From an uncultured Candidatus Saccharibacteria bacterium (lineage in GTDB: Bacteria; Patescibacteriota; Minisyncoccia; Phycocordibacterales; Zambryskibacteraceae): a stretch of DNA of 64,000 nt. The notes under the pieces are model-generated. The model made no database searches, was not told the origin of the DNA, and worked only from the letters and a program-made list of their open reading frames with translations. This document shows positions 1 through 9,810 of this stretch, piece by piece. The DNA is taken from positions 99,512-163,511 of the forward strand of contig CAZDDU010000001.1 in the NCBI GenBank assembly GCA_964504255.1, read 5' to 3'. The position numbers and the translations under genes are program-made. Within the stretch, counting starts at the first letter, position 1, and each line of letters starts with the position of its first letter.

Positions 1-1
1 T

Positions 2-52
2 AAGGTTAAGGACCTAGCCGAGGCAGCTCGCGAGGCCGGACTAAAGTTTTAA
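2..52 (+). CDS. rplR: 50S ribosomal protein L18, C-terminal fragment
   Basis: Frame reads KVKDLAEAAREAGLKF*, typical L18 C-terminus, directly upstream of rpsE. Confidence 0.9.
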   Translation, partial: KVKDLAEAAREAGLKF

Positions 53-57
53 ATATT

Positions 58-714
58 ATGGAAGATACAAAAGTACAAGAGAATACAGAGGTTGTAGTCG
101 CTCCAACAGAGCCAGTTCTTGAGAGTGTTGTTGTGGCCGACACTGTGACTCCAGCTCAGACAGTAGACCCTCGCAATTCTAGAGGAGGAGACAATCGTCG
201 TGGTCCAGGTGGTCCTCGTAGAGACAATCGTCGTGGTCCTCGTCGTGACACTCGTCCTAAGTCTGAGTTCGACCAGAAGATCGTGAGTCTCCGTCGTGTG
301 ACTCGTGTTACTTCGGGAGGTAGACGCTTCGCCTTCTCTGTCTGTGTTGTAGCAGGCAACAGGAAGGGTATGGTCGGTGTTGGACAGGGCAAGGCTACCG
401 ATACTCCACTAGCTATAGAGAAGGCCTTTAGAGATGCGAAGAAGAACATGATCTCAGTCAACATGACAAAGAACATGTCTATCCCTCACGAGGTTGAGGC
501 TAAGTATGCTGGATCCCGTGTGAAGATCATGCCAGCACCGGGCAAGGGTATCCTCGCAGGTTCATCAGTCCGTGCAGTACTTGAGCTAGCGGGATTGAAG
601 GAAATTTCTTCAAAGCTCCTCTCTCGTTCTAAGAACACTATTAACAACGCCTATGTAGGTATCAAGGCACTAGAGCAATTGTCGAAGACCAAGATAAAGG
701 CTAAGGACAGATAA
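58..714 (+). CDS. rpsE: 30S ribosomal protein S5
   Basis: RRVTRVTSGGRRFAFS..VGVGQGKA, IMPAPGKGILAG motifs; spc operon context. Confidence 0.98.
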   Translation: MEDTKVQENTEVVVAPTEPVLESVVVADTVTPAQTVDPRNSRGGDNRRGPGGPRRDNRRGPRRDTRPKSEFDQKIVSLRRVTRVTSGGRRFAFSVCVVAGNRKGMVGVGQGKATDTPLAIEKAFRDAKKNMISVNMTKNMSIPHEVEAKYAGSRVKIMPAPGKGILAGSSVRAVLELAGLKEISSKLLSRSKNTINNAYVGIKALEQLSKTKIKAKDR

Positions 715-724
715 CCACACCACC

Positions 725-1165
725 ATGCAACTACACACTCTCAAATCAAAGACCAAGAGGAAGAAGTCACGCCAAGTAGGTCGTGGTGGTAAGCGCGGTA
801 AGACATCGGGTAAGGGTACCAAGGGTCAGAATGCTCGTGCCGGCAGAAAGAAGCGCCCAGAACTTAGAGACTTCATCAAGCGCTTCCCTAAGCTTCGTGG
901 ACGCGGTGTTTCCTCACTCAAGTCATTCCAGGACGCAGCTCTTGTTGTTAACTTGAAGGCAATAGACGTTGCGTACAAGGTTGGTGAGGTTGTCTCGGTT
1001 GCTACTCTACTCGACAAAAAGTTAATTGATATGAAGAACGCCAAGGCTACCAAGGTTAAGATCCTAGCTACAGGAGACTTGAGTAAGAAGCTCGATTTCG
1101 ACGGACTATTGGTCTCAGAGAGTGCAAAGAGTAAGATAGAGAAGGCAGGCGGCACTATCCGCTAA
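725..1165 (+). CDS. rplO: 50S ribosomal protein L15
   Basis: VGRGGKRGKTSGKGTKGQNAR and KIEKAGG motifs. Confidence 0.97.
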   Translation: MQLHTLKSKTKRKKSRQVGRGGKRGKTSGKGTKGQNARAGRKKRPELRDFIKRFPKLRGRGVSSLKSFQDAALVVNLKAIDVAYKVGEVVSVATLLDKKLIDMKNAKATKVKILATGDLSKKLDFDGLLVSESAKSKIEKAGGTIR

Positions 1166-1169
1166 TCAA

Positions 1170-2444
1170 ATGTTTAAAACTTTTATAGAAAAGGTCGGCC
1201 TAGTTCTCAGTGACTCGGTCCTTAAGAGAAGGATTTTCGTTACCATTGCCATTCTCGTACTTGCGAGAGTTTTGGCGGTTGTTGCTATCCCTGGTATCGA
1301 CCAAAGTGCCTTGGCGTCTTTCTTTTCTGGTAACCAGTTCCTCTCACTTCTGAACATCTTCTCAGGAGGTGGGCTTGCATCACTCTCTATCATCATGCTC
1401 GGAGTAGGTCCATATATCACTGCATCTATTATCATGCAGCTTCTAACCTTGATGATTCCAAACCTGAAGGAGATGCAGCAAGACGGGGGAGACTCAGGTA
1501 GACAGAAGCTCTCTCAATACGGTCGACTCTTGGCAGTGCCTCTATCCTTCCTTCAGGCATATGCATTTATCTCACTCTTCCAGAAGCAGGGTGTCTTGCC
1601 AGCTCTTACCACAGGTACTCTAGTACTCGACATTCTGCTTATCACTGCGGGTTCGATGCTCCTAGTATGGTTGGGAGAGCTCATTACTGAGTTTGGTATA
1701 GGTAACGGAGTCTCTCTTATTATCTTCGCGGGTATTGTGAGCTCACTACCTAGTGCTATCGCGCAACTTGCCTTCACCTTCGATCCAGCACAGATCCCTG
1801 TCTACATAGCTATGTTTGTTGTAACCATCCTACTTATCTTCGGAGTGGTTATTGTGAGTGAGGCTGAGCGTCCAATACCGATTACTTACTCCAAGCAGAT
1901 TCGAGGAGGCACAACCTCAGGAGGTATGCAGAGCTACCTCCCACTACGAGTCAACCAGGCTGGAGTGATCCCAATAATTTTTGCTCTTTCAATCCTTCTC
2001 TTCCCACAAATGATTTTGCAGTTCCTCACTTCCTCTACAGTAGCGTCAGTTGCAAGTGCCGCTACTGCCATACTAGCTCTTCTTAATAATCTTTGGTTCT
2101 ACAATTCTGCTTACTTTCTCTTGGTCTTCCTCTTTACTTACTTCTACACTGCAGTGACCTTCGACCCAGAGCAGATAGCAGAGAACTTGCAGAAGTCGGG
2201 TGCCTTCGTCCCAGGTATACGCCCTGGTGAGCCAACAGCAGACTATATCTCGAGAGTCTTGACCCGTCTCACTCTCATAGGAGCACTCTTCCTCGGTGTG
2301 GTAGCTGTGCTCCCGCTCGTGCTTCGCTCTGTTACTCAGATACAGTCTATGGCTATCGGTGGTACAGCACTTCTTATCGTGGTCTCAGTGGTCATTGATC
2401 TCATCAAGAAGATCGACGCACAACTTTCGGTACGAGAATACTAG
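1170..2444 (+). CDS. secY: Preprotein translocase subunit SecY
   Basis: LGVGPYITASIIMQLL, GIGNGVSLIIFAGI, FVPGIRPG motifs. Confidence 0.98.
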   Translation: MFKTFIEKVGLVLSDSVLKRRIFVTIAILVLARVLAVVAIPGIDQSALASFFSGNQFLSLLNIFSGGGLASLSIIMLGVGPYITASIIMQLLTLMIPNLKEMQQDGGDSGRQKLSQYGRLLAVPLSFLQAYAFISLFQKQGVLPALTTGTLVLDILLITAGSMLLVWLGELITEFGIGNGVSLIIFAGIVSSLPSAIAQLAFTFDPAQIPVYIAMFVVTILLIFGVVIVSEAERPIPITYSKQIRGGTTSGGMQSYLPLRVNQAGVIPIIFALSILLFPQMILQFLTSSTVASVASAATAILALLNNLWFYNSAYFLLVFLFTYFYTAVTFDPEQIAENLQKSGAFVPGIRPGEPTADYISRVLTRLTLIGALFLGVVAVLPLVLRSVTQIQSMAIGGTALLIVVSVVIDLIKKIDAQLSVREY

Positions 2445-2467
2445 TTTTGCTCTATAATAATTAGAGC

Positions 2468-3067
2468 ATGTTACACACCGTTATATTTATAGGGCGTAGT
2501 GGTTGTGGTAAGGGGACTCAGGCAGAGCTACTTCGTAACCGCATCAAGGAGCACGATCTCAAGAAGAGGCAGATCCTCTACATCGAGACAGGCGACGGAT
2601 TTAGAGAGTTCGTTAGAGGCAAGAGTTTGTCGTCTAGGTTGTCTAAGGCTATATACGACCGGGATGCTAGGCAACCAGACTTCCTCGCCACAATGATGTG
2701 GGGCAAGATGCTTCTCGAGCAGTTGGACGAAGAGATGCACCTAGTCTTCGACGGTGTGGCTCGTTCCAAGGCCGAGGCACACATGCTCTCTACTGCTCTT
2801 TGGTTCTACGAAAGAGAGAAGCCAACGGTGATTTATATCAACGTCTCTCGTAAGTGGAGCGAGGAGAAGTTGCTCAAGCGTGGTCGTGCTGATGACGTTA
2901 ACCTGGCAAGGATAGACAAGAGACTCGACTGGTTCGACAAGGATGTTATACCCTCTATTGAGTCCTTCAGGGAAAATCCATTCTTTAGAGTGATAGAAAT
3001 CAACGGCGAGCAGAGTGTAGAGGCGGTGCATGCAGAATTAATTTCTAAATACGAATACTCAGAGTGA
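2468..3067 (+). CDS. adk: Adenylate/nucleoside monophosphate kinase (short, LID-less type)
   Basis: P-loop GRSGCGKGTQA, RGRADD; position between secY and map. Confidence 0.85.
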   Translation: MLHTVIFIGRSGCGKGTQAELLRNRIKEHDLKKRQILYIETGDGFREFVRGKSLSSRLSKAIYDRDARQPDFLATMMWGKMLLEQLDEEMHLVFDGVARSKAEAHMLSTALWFYEREKPTVIYINVSRKWSEEKLLKRGRADDVNLARIDKRLDWFDKDVIPSIESFRENPFFRVIEINGEQSVEAVHAELISKYEYSE

Positions 3068-3831
3068 TCAGACTAAAGACCAAAGAACAAATACAAACAA
3101 TGCATGAGGGTGGCAAGCGACACTCCGAGATTCTTCGTGCTTTAGCCGAGATGGTCACTCCAGGTATGTCCACTCTAGTACTCGAGGAGGAGGCCCTACG
3201 GCTTATTCATGCTCACGGTGACACGCCAGCTTTTTTGAACTACTCTCCTAAGGGTGCTTCGCGTCCATTCCCCGCAGCACTCTGTGTATCTATAAACGAC
3301 GAGATTGTGCATGGAATACCAAATGAGAAGGAGAGGATACTTAGAGATGGCGACATAGTATCACTCGACCTTGGGCTCAAGCATGAGGGCTTCATTACCG
3401 ACTCAGCAGTCACAGTAGCAGTGGGTTCTGTAGACGATGAGTCTAGAGACATCATGCGTCTTGCCAAGGAGGCACTAGAGGCGGGGATTAAGGCTGCACA
3501 GCCAGGTGCGCATATAGGTGACATTGGTGATGCTGTATACAAGGTAGTGAAGGGCACTGGCTACTCACTCGCAGAGGACCTAGCAGGACACGGTGTTGGC
3601 TTCGAGGTGCATGAGGACCCATTCGTACCAAACATGGGGAGGAGGGGAGAGGGTGAGAAGTTGGTCCCTGGTATGGTTATTGCTATAGAACCAATGGTTA
3701 ATGCTGGAGGTGGTGCCATAGCCGACACCGATGACGGATATACCATCGTCACCGCAGACGGTTCTCGCAGTGCTCATTTCGAACATACTATTGCAATTAC
3801 CGATACAGGAAACATCGTTTTGACTCGTTAG
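3064..3831 (+). CDS. map: Type I methionine aminopeptidase
   Basis: SINDEIVHGIP, GHGVG..HEDP, IEPM, SAHFEHT. Confidence 0.97.
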   Translation: MIRLKTKEQIQTMHEGGKRHSEILRALAEMVTPGMSTLVLEEEALRLIHAHGDTPAFLNYSPKGASRPFPAALCVSINDEIVHGIPNEKERILRDGDIVSLDLGLKHEGFITDSAVTVAVGSVDDESRDIMRLAKEALEAGIKAAQPGAHIGDIGDAVYKVVKGTGYSLAEDLAGHGVGFEVHEDPFVPNMGRRGEGEKLVPGMVIAIEPMVNAGGGAIADTDDGYTIVTADGSRSAHFEHTIAITDTGNIVLTR

Positions 3832-3877
3832 GTGGGTGTGGTAGTGTTGGCCATAGAATCAACCTACAGGGGGCCAA

Positions 3878-4309
3878 ATGTCAGCGAAGATCTTGCTTGG
3901 GCTCATCGTCGCTATCGTAGCTTTCGGAATACTAGCTGAGTGGTACTACCGCTGGATCAGGCGCGTGCAACCGGTGGATAACTCTGATCCGTTTGCTGCA
4001 CCAGATCTGGACAAGTATGTTGCTGATATTGAACATGGTGATAATTTGGATAGAGGTCATAATTTATTAGACTCAGTAGAGAAATGGGCTGCTGAGAGGG
4101 GAATGACACTAGATGAGTATCGCGATCACATCATCGAACAGATAGCGAAGTGTCCATACCCAACGATCAACTGCCTTACTCAGACTGAGCTCGAGGATGT
4201 AGCAATGCAGAGATTTGGTCTCTCTTCTCCGAGAGTGGCTGATCATGCATATCATTGTAGGTATTGTCGGCCACAAGTCCTGTTGCTTCGTCAGCGAGGA
4301 CCGAGATAA
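3878..4309 (+). CDS. Hypothetical membrane-anchored protein with C-terminal HxxxCxxC (zf-HC2-like) motif
   Basis: N-terminal hydrophobic helix; HAYHCRYC; GGGGG SD-like run upstream. Confidence 0.6.
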   Translation: MSAKILLGLIVAIVAFGILAEWYYRWIRRVQPVDNSDPFAAPDLDKYVADIEHGDNLDRGHNLLDSVEKWAAERGMTLDEYRDHIIEQIAKCPYPTINCLTQTELEDVAMQRFGLSSPRVADHAYHCRYCRPQVLLLRQRGPR

Positions 4310-4365
4310 TCTCGGTCTTTTTCTTTGGTCTAACCTTTGTTATACTCATCTTCTAATTCATATTT

Positions 4366-4968
4366 ATGTCACATCCAAAGAAAGAAAGGAGTTTCGTAGC
4401 TGTTAAGCACGATGGAGTGCAGAGGACTTTGGTGGGGGAGATCATCAACCGCGTAGAGAGGACAGGACTTAAGATTATTGGTCTCAAGATGTTTGTGCCA
4501 AGTATGCCTCAGACGGTAGAGCACTATGGCAAGGATGATGCTTGGTGTGAGAAGGTGGGTCAGAGGACTTTAGACAATATGGCGAAGGAGGGTAAAACTA
4601 CAGATAAGACAGCTGTTGAGATTGGTCGCGAGGTGTTGAATGCTCTTTATAGGTACTTCACTCTAGGACCAGTTGTTGGATTTGTCGTTGAGGGCAACAA
4701 GGCGGTTGACATTGTGAAGAAGTTGGTCGGTGGTACCGAACCTACTACTTCGGATGTTGGTACTATAAGAGGTGATTACACTCTAGACTCATATGATTTG
4801 GCCAATGTAGATGGGAGAGCAGTGAGGAATCTTATACATTGCTCCGATAAGCCAGAGGAAGCAGAGCGCGAGATCAAGATTTGGTTTAAGAATGACGAAT
4901 TGATCAACTACAAATCTATTCAAGAGGCGATATTGTACGACGTAAACATTGACGGTATCTTAGAATAA
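4366..4968 (+). CDS. ndk: Nucleoside diphosphate kinase
   Basis: ERSFVAVKHDGVQR, GTIRGDY, NLIHCSD. Confidence 0.95.
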   Translation: MSHPKKERSFVAVKHDGVQRTLVGEIINRVERTGLKIIGLKMFVPSMPQTVEHYGKDDAWCEKVGQRTLDNMAKEGKTTDKTAVEIGREVLNALYRYFTLGPVVGFVVEGNKAVDIVKKLVGGTEPTTSDVGTIRGDYTLDSYDLANVDGRAVRNLIHCSDKPEEAEREIKIWFKNDELINYKSIQEAILYDVNIDGILE

Positions 4969-5067
4969 TTCTGTATTCTTAGCTTAGTATTCCCATTTTT
5001 TCGAAAACTGGGGATTACTCATCTCTTATAACTTTTGCAAAAGTTCTAAGTAGTTATAATGATTGTA

Positions 5068-5186
5068 GGGTTATCTAAGGTATTATCTAGCTAACCAATA
5101 TTTAGGGATCTCGAATCGTTCTCGACCTTGGTCCTGAACTGAGAGAACCCACCTAGTTTTAGAACTAGGGAATACCAAGGTAACCC
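5068..5186 (+). ncRNA. Putative 6S RNA-like rod with central bubble
   Basis: Ends pair (gggttatc/ggtaaccc, ggtatt/aatacc, ctag/ctag), unpaired central region, apical ggga-tctc/gaga-accc stem; TATAAT at 5055-5060 and a hairpin after. Confidence 0.55.
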
Positions 5187-5244
5187 CATGAAAGTCCCCC
5201 ATTCCGCGCAAGCGTTATGGGGGGTTCTCGTTTATAATATGCCG

Positions 5245-5640
5245 ATGCAACGCAACTTCCTCTTCCTAACCTTTCTCTCTGTGGCCCTTATGGGCTTTCT
5301 TCATCATTTAGGAAGTTATTACTTTCTGTATTGGAGTATCGGTTGGTTTGATATGGTGATGCACTTCTTGGGTGGACTCTCTGTGGCACTCATTTTTGTC
5401 TGGGGGTATTACTTCTCTGGAGTTGGGGGAGGGGATGTGTCTGTCGACAAGCGTTTGATTATGAAGACCTTTCTCTTTGTCATGATTATTGGTGTTGCAT
5501 GGGAGTACTTCGAATATTATTTCAAAATTGCTAATCCAACGAAGGGCAATTATGTAGAGGACACCACTCTCGACCTCATCTTCGACGCACTTGGAGCACT
5601 CTTGGTCGGTATAATAAGTAACAAAAAAATAAATTCATGA
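5245..5640 (+). CDS. Membrane protein (DUF2238/VanZ-like, D..MHFLGG...WE..E...DT..DL)
   Basis: Four hydrophobic segments and the motif; start chosen just after TATAAT at 5233. Confidence 0.7.
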   Translation: MQRNFLFLTFLSVALMGFLHHLGSYYFLYWSIGWFDMVMHFLGGLSVALIFVWGYYFSGVGGGDVSVDKRLIMKTFLFVMIIGVAWEYFEYYFKIANPTKGNYVEDTTLDLIFDALGALLVGIISNKKINS

Positions 5641-6956
5641 AAACAAATCTAACTTGCTACGGTGGTGTAGGTACAGTCACGGGAGCGAACTTCCTCCTTG
5701 AAGTAGAGGGTGATGGGAAGTTGCTCAAGGTACTTATTGACTGTGGGCTTTTCCAAGGATTAATCGCTGAGAGTGAGGTGTCAAAAACTTTTGATTACGA
5801 TACCACTACCATCGACTTCCTCTTCATCACTCACGCGCATATTGACCATATTGGTCGCATACCTGACCTGGTTAAGGCTGGCTTTAACGGTAAGATTCTC
5901 TCTACTCGAGAGACGAAGGATATCGCACGCTTTATGTTGAAGGATCTCTCGCATATTGCGGGGGAAGGGGACGATGCTGCCGAAAAGGCTCTAAGCATGT
6001 GGGATACACTGCCTTATCACACAGCTAAGAAGTTTGATCTCGGTGGAGTAGAGGCTTTCTCACTTGAACTCTTCGATGCCGGCCACATCTTGGGCTCTGC
6101 AATGTACAAGCTCACCTTCCCCTCGGGTAAGTCGATCTTGTTTAGTGGTGACATTGGTAACTCACCCTCACCACTCCAGAGTGATGTCGAGAGGGTGAGC
6201 GATACTACCTACATTCTTATGGACTCTGTCTATGGAGACCGTAATCACCAAAGCAATGATGAGAGAGACAAGCGGTTTGCCGAGATAATAGAGGATGTTA
6301 TAGAGAGGAAGAGTACTCTCCTTATACCCGTTTTCTCTCTCGAGCGTACACAGGTAATGATTCATGAGTTAGACAAACTCTTTACTTCTAAGGGTCTTAG
6401 GAGTATTCCAGTATTCCTCGACTCACCACTCGCGATCAACATTACCGAGATTTATAGAAATCATTTCAACACTCCCGATAAAGATTTGTACTTCAACAAG
6501 CTTCAAGAGACCGCACAGGTGAGAGACTCAATTAGCATCAGTCATATCCCTGGACCCAAGATCATTATGGCTGGCTCTGGTATGTCGACTGCTGGACGCA
6601 TTGTGCATCACGAAGAGCATTATTTACCAGACCAGAATGCCACACTGCTCTTTGTCGGGTACCAAGCAGCTGGGACTCTAGGACGACTTATCCAAGACGG
6701 TGCGAAGGAGGTGAAGATCAATGACAAGTTGATTAAGGTTAATGCGAGAGTGCTGACTATTGACGGCTTCTCTGCACACGCAGACTCTGACCAGTTGGTG
6801 AAGTTCGTTGAAGCGAGCGAGAAGAGTGTGCAGAAGGTCTTCATTACTATGGGTGAACTCAAGTCCTCGATTTTCTTGGCACAAAGACTCAAGGACGAGC
6901 TCGGTGTTGAGTCTGTCATCCCAGAGAAGGGCAAGAGGTACGAACTCGACTTATAG
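5637..6956 (+). CDS. MBL-fold metallo-hydrolase, beta-CASP RNase family
   Basis: THAHIDHIG, AGHILGS, FSGDIG, FSAHAD. Confidence 0.92.
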   Translation: MKTNLTCYGGVGTVTGANFLLEVEGDGKLLKVLIDCGLFQGLIAESEVSKTFDYDTTTIDFLFITHAHIDHIGRIPDLVKAGFNGKILSTRETKDIARFMLKDLSHIAGEGDDAAEKALSMWDTLPYHTAKKFDLGGVEAFSLELFDAGHILGSAMYKLTFPSGKSILFSGDIGNSPSPLQSDVERVSDTTYILMDSVYGDRNHQSNDERDKRFAEIIEDVIERKSTLLIPVFSLERTQVMIHELDKLFTSKGLRSIPVFLDSPLAINITEIYRNHFNTPDKDLYFNKLQETAQVRDSISISHIPGPKIIMAGSGMSTAGRIVHHEEHYLPDQNATLLFVGYQAAGTLGRLIQDGAKEVKINDKLIKVNARVLTIDGFSAHADSDQLVKFVEASEKSVQKVFITMGELKSSIFLAQRLKDELGVESVIPEKGKRYELDL

Positions 6957-6963
6957 TAAAAAT

Positions 6964-7125
6964 ATGAACACCAAACTTATTTGGTTACTGATGGCAGTGG
7001 GCACTACTCTCGGTGGTTATGTACCACTATTTTGGGGCGGCAGCACCTTCTCTATGTCATCAATTATACTCGCAGCAGTTGGTGGCTTCCTTGGTATCTA
7101 TGCTGGTTACAAACTCAGTCAGTAA
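6964..7125 (+). CDS. Small two-TM membrane protein
   Basis: MNTKLIWLLMAVGTTLGGYVP...GYKLSQ. Confidence 0.65.
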   Translation: MNTKLIWLLMAVGTTLGGYVPLFWGGSTFSMSSIILAAVGGFLGIYAGYKLSQ

Positions 7126-7130
7126 GAGGG

Positions 7131-7475
7131 TTACTTAACTGCTTCTACAATCTTAGCGAAAATAGTTGGATGATTCTCTGCGAGGTCAGCGAGGATCTTG
7201 CGATCAAGCTTGATACCCTTCTTGTTCAAAGCGTCGATGAACTTTGAGTAGGAGAGACCTAGTGGCTTAACAGCTGAGGAGATGCGGACATTCCAAAGAC
7301 GGCGGAAGTCACCCTTCTTGTCTCGTCTGTGAGCAAAGGCGTATGTACCTGCATGGAAGATGGCCTCGTTAGCCTGGCGTTCCTTGGTTGAGCGACCAAA
7401 GCGGTAACCCTTAACCTTTCTTAATATATTCTTTCTTGTTTTGAGGGCATTTACACCCTTTTTGACTCTGGTCAT
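7131..7475 (-). CDS. rplT: 50S ribosomal protein L20
   Basis: MTRVKKG, DFRRLWNVRI, LDRKILADLA. Confidence 0.98.
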   Translation of the reverse strand: MTRVKKGVNALKTRKNILRKVKGYRFGRSTKERQANEAIFHAGTYAFAHRRDKKGDFRRLWNVRISSAVKPLGLSYSKFIDALNKKGIKLDRKILADLAENHPTIFAKIVEAVK

Positions 7476-7501
7476 GGACTTGTAGTGAGTTTATCGAACT
7501 A

Positions 7502-7696
7502 TTATTTGATATTTACTAGGAAACGGCTCCTCTCCTTGTTGCTCATGTGGAACTCTGAGTTCCTACCCTTGGCACCCTTCTCAGAGCTAGACTCCTTGGC
7601 GTTGAAGTGGTTTTGACCAGTTTTGCGCACCAAAATCTTGCCCCTCTTGGTGACTTTGATCCTTTTGGCGAACGATTTGTTGGTCTTAATTGACAT
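7502..7696 (-). CDS. rpmI: 50S ribosomal protein L35
   Basis: KTNKSFAKRIKVT; between infC and rplT. Confidence 0.93.
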   Translation of the reverse strand: MSIKTNKSFAKRIKVTKRGKILVRKTGQNHFNAKESSSEKGAKGRNSEFHMSNKERSRFLVNIK

Positions 7697-7747
7697 AAAA
7701 TAAGCCGTTTATTGGCCTGTACATATTACTTATTTCTGAGCGTTTGT

Positions 7748-8254
7748 CTAGGCTTTTTCGATAATAGCTGTCATGCCCTTCGGGCTCTTTTTGGGAGCAT
7801 CAGCGATCTTGTGGGGGACAGTTACCAGCTTGAGTAGGCGCTCTATACGCTCTTTGAGGAACTTCTCATCCAGGTACTTAGCTCTGCCTGGGAGGAAGAG
7901 GTTGATCTGGACTCTGTTGCCCTCAGCAAGCCATTCTGAGGCCTTCTTAGCCTTGAGGCCGAGATCGCTCTCGCCGGTACCTAGCTTCACTTGGACGCTC
8001 TTCACCTCGACTGAGTGGGCCTTCTTCTTTGATTCCTTCTCCTTCTTAGCTTCGGCATACATGTACTTACCTAGGTCGGTAATCTTAGCTACCGGGGGTA
8101 TCGCGTTTGGAGAGATCTCGACTAGGTCAAGGGAGAACTCAGCCGCCTTCTTAAGAGCGTCTTCTAGACTAAGGACACCGAAGTTCTCTCCCTCAGGGCC
8201 TATGACTCGAACTTCTTTAGATCTTATGGCGTGATTCGTTCTCGGGGTGAGCAA
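7748..8254 (-). CDS. infC: Translation initiation factor IF-3 (TTG start)
   Basis: N..I...EVRVI, LDLVEISP...PPVAKI. Confidence 0.95.
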   Translation of the reverse strand: MLTPRTNHAIRSKEVRVIGPEGENFGVLSLEDALKKAAEFSLDLVEISPNAIPPVAKITDLGKYMYAEAKKEKESKKKAHSVEVKSVQVKLGTGESDLGLKAKKASEWLAEGNRVQINLFLPGRAKYLDEKFLKERIERLLKLVTVPHKIADAPKKSPKGMTAIIEKA

Positions 8255-8321
8255 TGCCTTTTTATTAGTTGGTGTGAGTATACACTATATTTTCCTTAGT
8301 TTCTACTGGTACTATATAGGT

Positions 8322-8777
8322 ATGGAAATAAAGCACAGTCTCCCAGATCTTGAGCAAATCATCAGATCTCGCCGTCCTTTGAAGAACGCTTTCGTGAAGA
8401 CTCAAGCAACTTTATCTGCCTCAGAGCGATTCGCTGTTTATGTTACTCATCATGTGGGTTCTATCGAGTTTTTCTCCATTCTTATGGTGTGGAGTTTGGG
8501 GTGGCTCATGTGGAACCTCTTTGGTCCATCACACCTACGCTTCGACCCAGCACCCGCTTTCGTTATATGGCTCTTCCTCTCAAATATCATCCAGCTCATT
8601 CTTTTGCCACTCATTCTTATTGGACAGAACTTGGACAACAGACATACCAACATGCAGGCAGAGGAAGATTATCAGATTAACAAGCACTCAGAGGAGGAGA
8701 TTAAGATCATCATTGGCCATCTTGAGAACCAGAACGAGCTTATGTTAGAAATTATGCGCAAACTAGACAGAAATTAA
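8322..8777 (+). CDS. DUF1003-like membrane protein
   Basis: VGS..F, W..WN, FDPAP, P.ILIGQN motifs. Confidence 0.8.
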   Translation: MEIKHSLPDLEQIIRSRRPLKNAFVKTQATLSASERFAVYVTHHVGSIEFFSILMVWSLGWLMWNLFGPSHLRFDPAPAFVIWLFLSNIIQLILLPLILIGQNLDNRHTNMQAEEDYQINKHSEEEIKIIIGHLENQNELMLEIMRKLDRN

Positions 8778-8966
8778 TCGTCGCTTTAGAATGGTCAGAA
8801 TGACAATTAAGCAGACATTTATTGGACTCGATCTGGCCTACACGGAGGTTCGGAGTCTTATGTCTGTCTTTCTTAAGAAACTAATTTAAGGAAACCAAAC
8901 ACAAGCCTCTGAACCACAGAGGCTTTGTTCTTTTACCCCGTGTCTCACTCCCAACCAGAGGACAAG

Positions 8967-9134
8967 ATGCAGCAAGAGCTCGAAGTTGTGAAGGTCGATG
9001 TGAAGGATGGCAAGAAGATCGCCAAGATCAGGCACCAGTGTGATCCGACGACGCTCCTGACTTTGACGGAGACACACCATGGCTGGGTGGACGAACTCGG
9101 GGTGAAGTATCCACCGGACTACATCGAGGTGTAG
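8967..9134 (+). CDS. Small hypothetical protein
   Basis: GAGGA SD before ATG, hairpin terminator after stop. Confidence 0.55.
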   Translation: MQQELEVVKVDVKDGKKIAKIRHQCDPTTLLTLTETHHGWVDELGVKYPPDYIEV

Positions 9135-9138
9135 TCTC

Positions 9139-9197
9139 AGTCCCGCGCAAAGCGGGACTTTTTCTATAAGAAAAACCGCACCACAAGTGGTGCGGAC
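9139..9197. terminator. Paired intrinsic terminators between convergent orphan genes
   Basis: agtcccgc-gcaaa-gcgggact+T run and A run+ccgcacca-caag-tggtgcgg. Confidence 0.75.
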
Positions 9198-9443
9198 TTA
9201 CTTCAGGAACTTGATTCCGATTTTGATAATGATAGCGAGGAAGCTAAGAGCGCACATCACACCCGTAGTACGGTGGAAGAAGCTCTCAAGTATCGAGTCG
9301 AACATTGGTACTTGCTTGTTCTTCTTCCGCTTCGTATCATTTTTCTCCCACTGGATACAGTAGAGAAGAAGAGGGAAGAATGTCGCAAGGATCATGACGG
9401 CCCAGAGGTTGTCGAAACCAAGCACCAAGTCGAGCACACTCAC
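9198..9443 (-). CDS. Hypothetical two-TM protein (start approximate)
   Basis: AGGAG SD; two hydrophobic stretches. Confidence 0.55.
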   Translation of the reverse strand: MSVLDLVLGFDNLWAVMILATFFPLLLYCIQWEKNDTKRKKNKQVPMFDSILESFFHRTTGVMCALSFLAIIIKIGIKFLK

Positions 9444-9452
9444 TCCTTTTTT

Positions 9453-9713
9453 CTAAGTGTTAGGCTCTGGGATTTTCTCGATCTTGATTCGGAATTGCTT
9501 AGGCCCACTAATGGCCATCTTGTGGAGGGCTCTGTGGCAAATACCGATCATTGTACCTTCGAAGTAAATCCATTTGCCGGACGTTGCCTCAAAGCCATCG
9601 AGCGGATGAGGCTTTTCGACCAGTGTGTATGTACAAGGCGGACACTCCATCTCAACAAAATTGTTGTCCGCATCGTAGAGATAGAATCTCACCGGGAAGG
9701 TGACCTCATACAT
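9453..9713 (-). CDS. Hypothetical protein
   Basis: TTGACT-17-TAGTAT promoter and GGAGG SD upstream. Confidence 0.6.
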   Translation of the reverse strand: MYEVTFPVRFYLYDADNNFVEMECPPCTYTLVEKPHPLDGFEATSGKWIYFEGTMIGICHRALHKMAISGPKQFRIKIEKIPEPNT

Positions 9714-9810
9714 GTTCGCCACCTCCTTTAGGGTTCAGGTCTAGTGCGATACTAAGTCCTCCAAACCCCAAAGTCAAACAAAAAAACTCCACGCAGGGTG
9801 GAGTGTGGTA

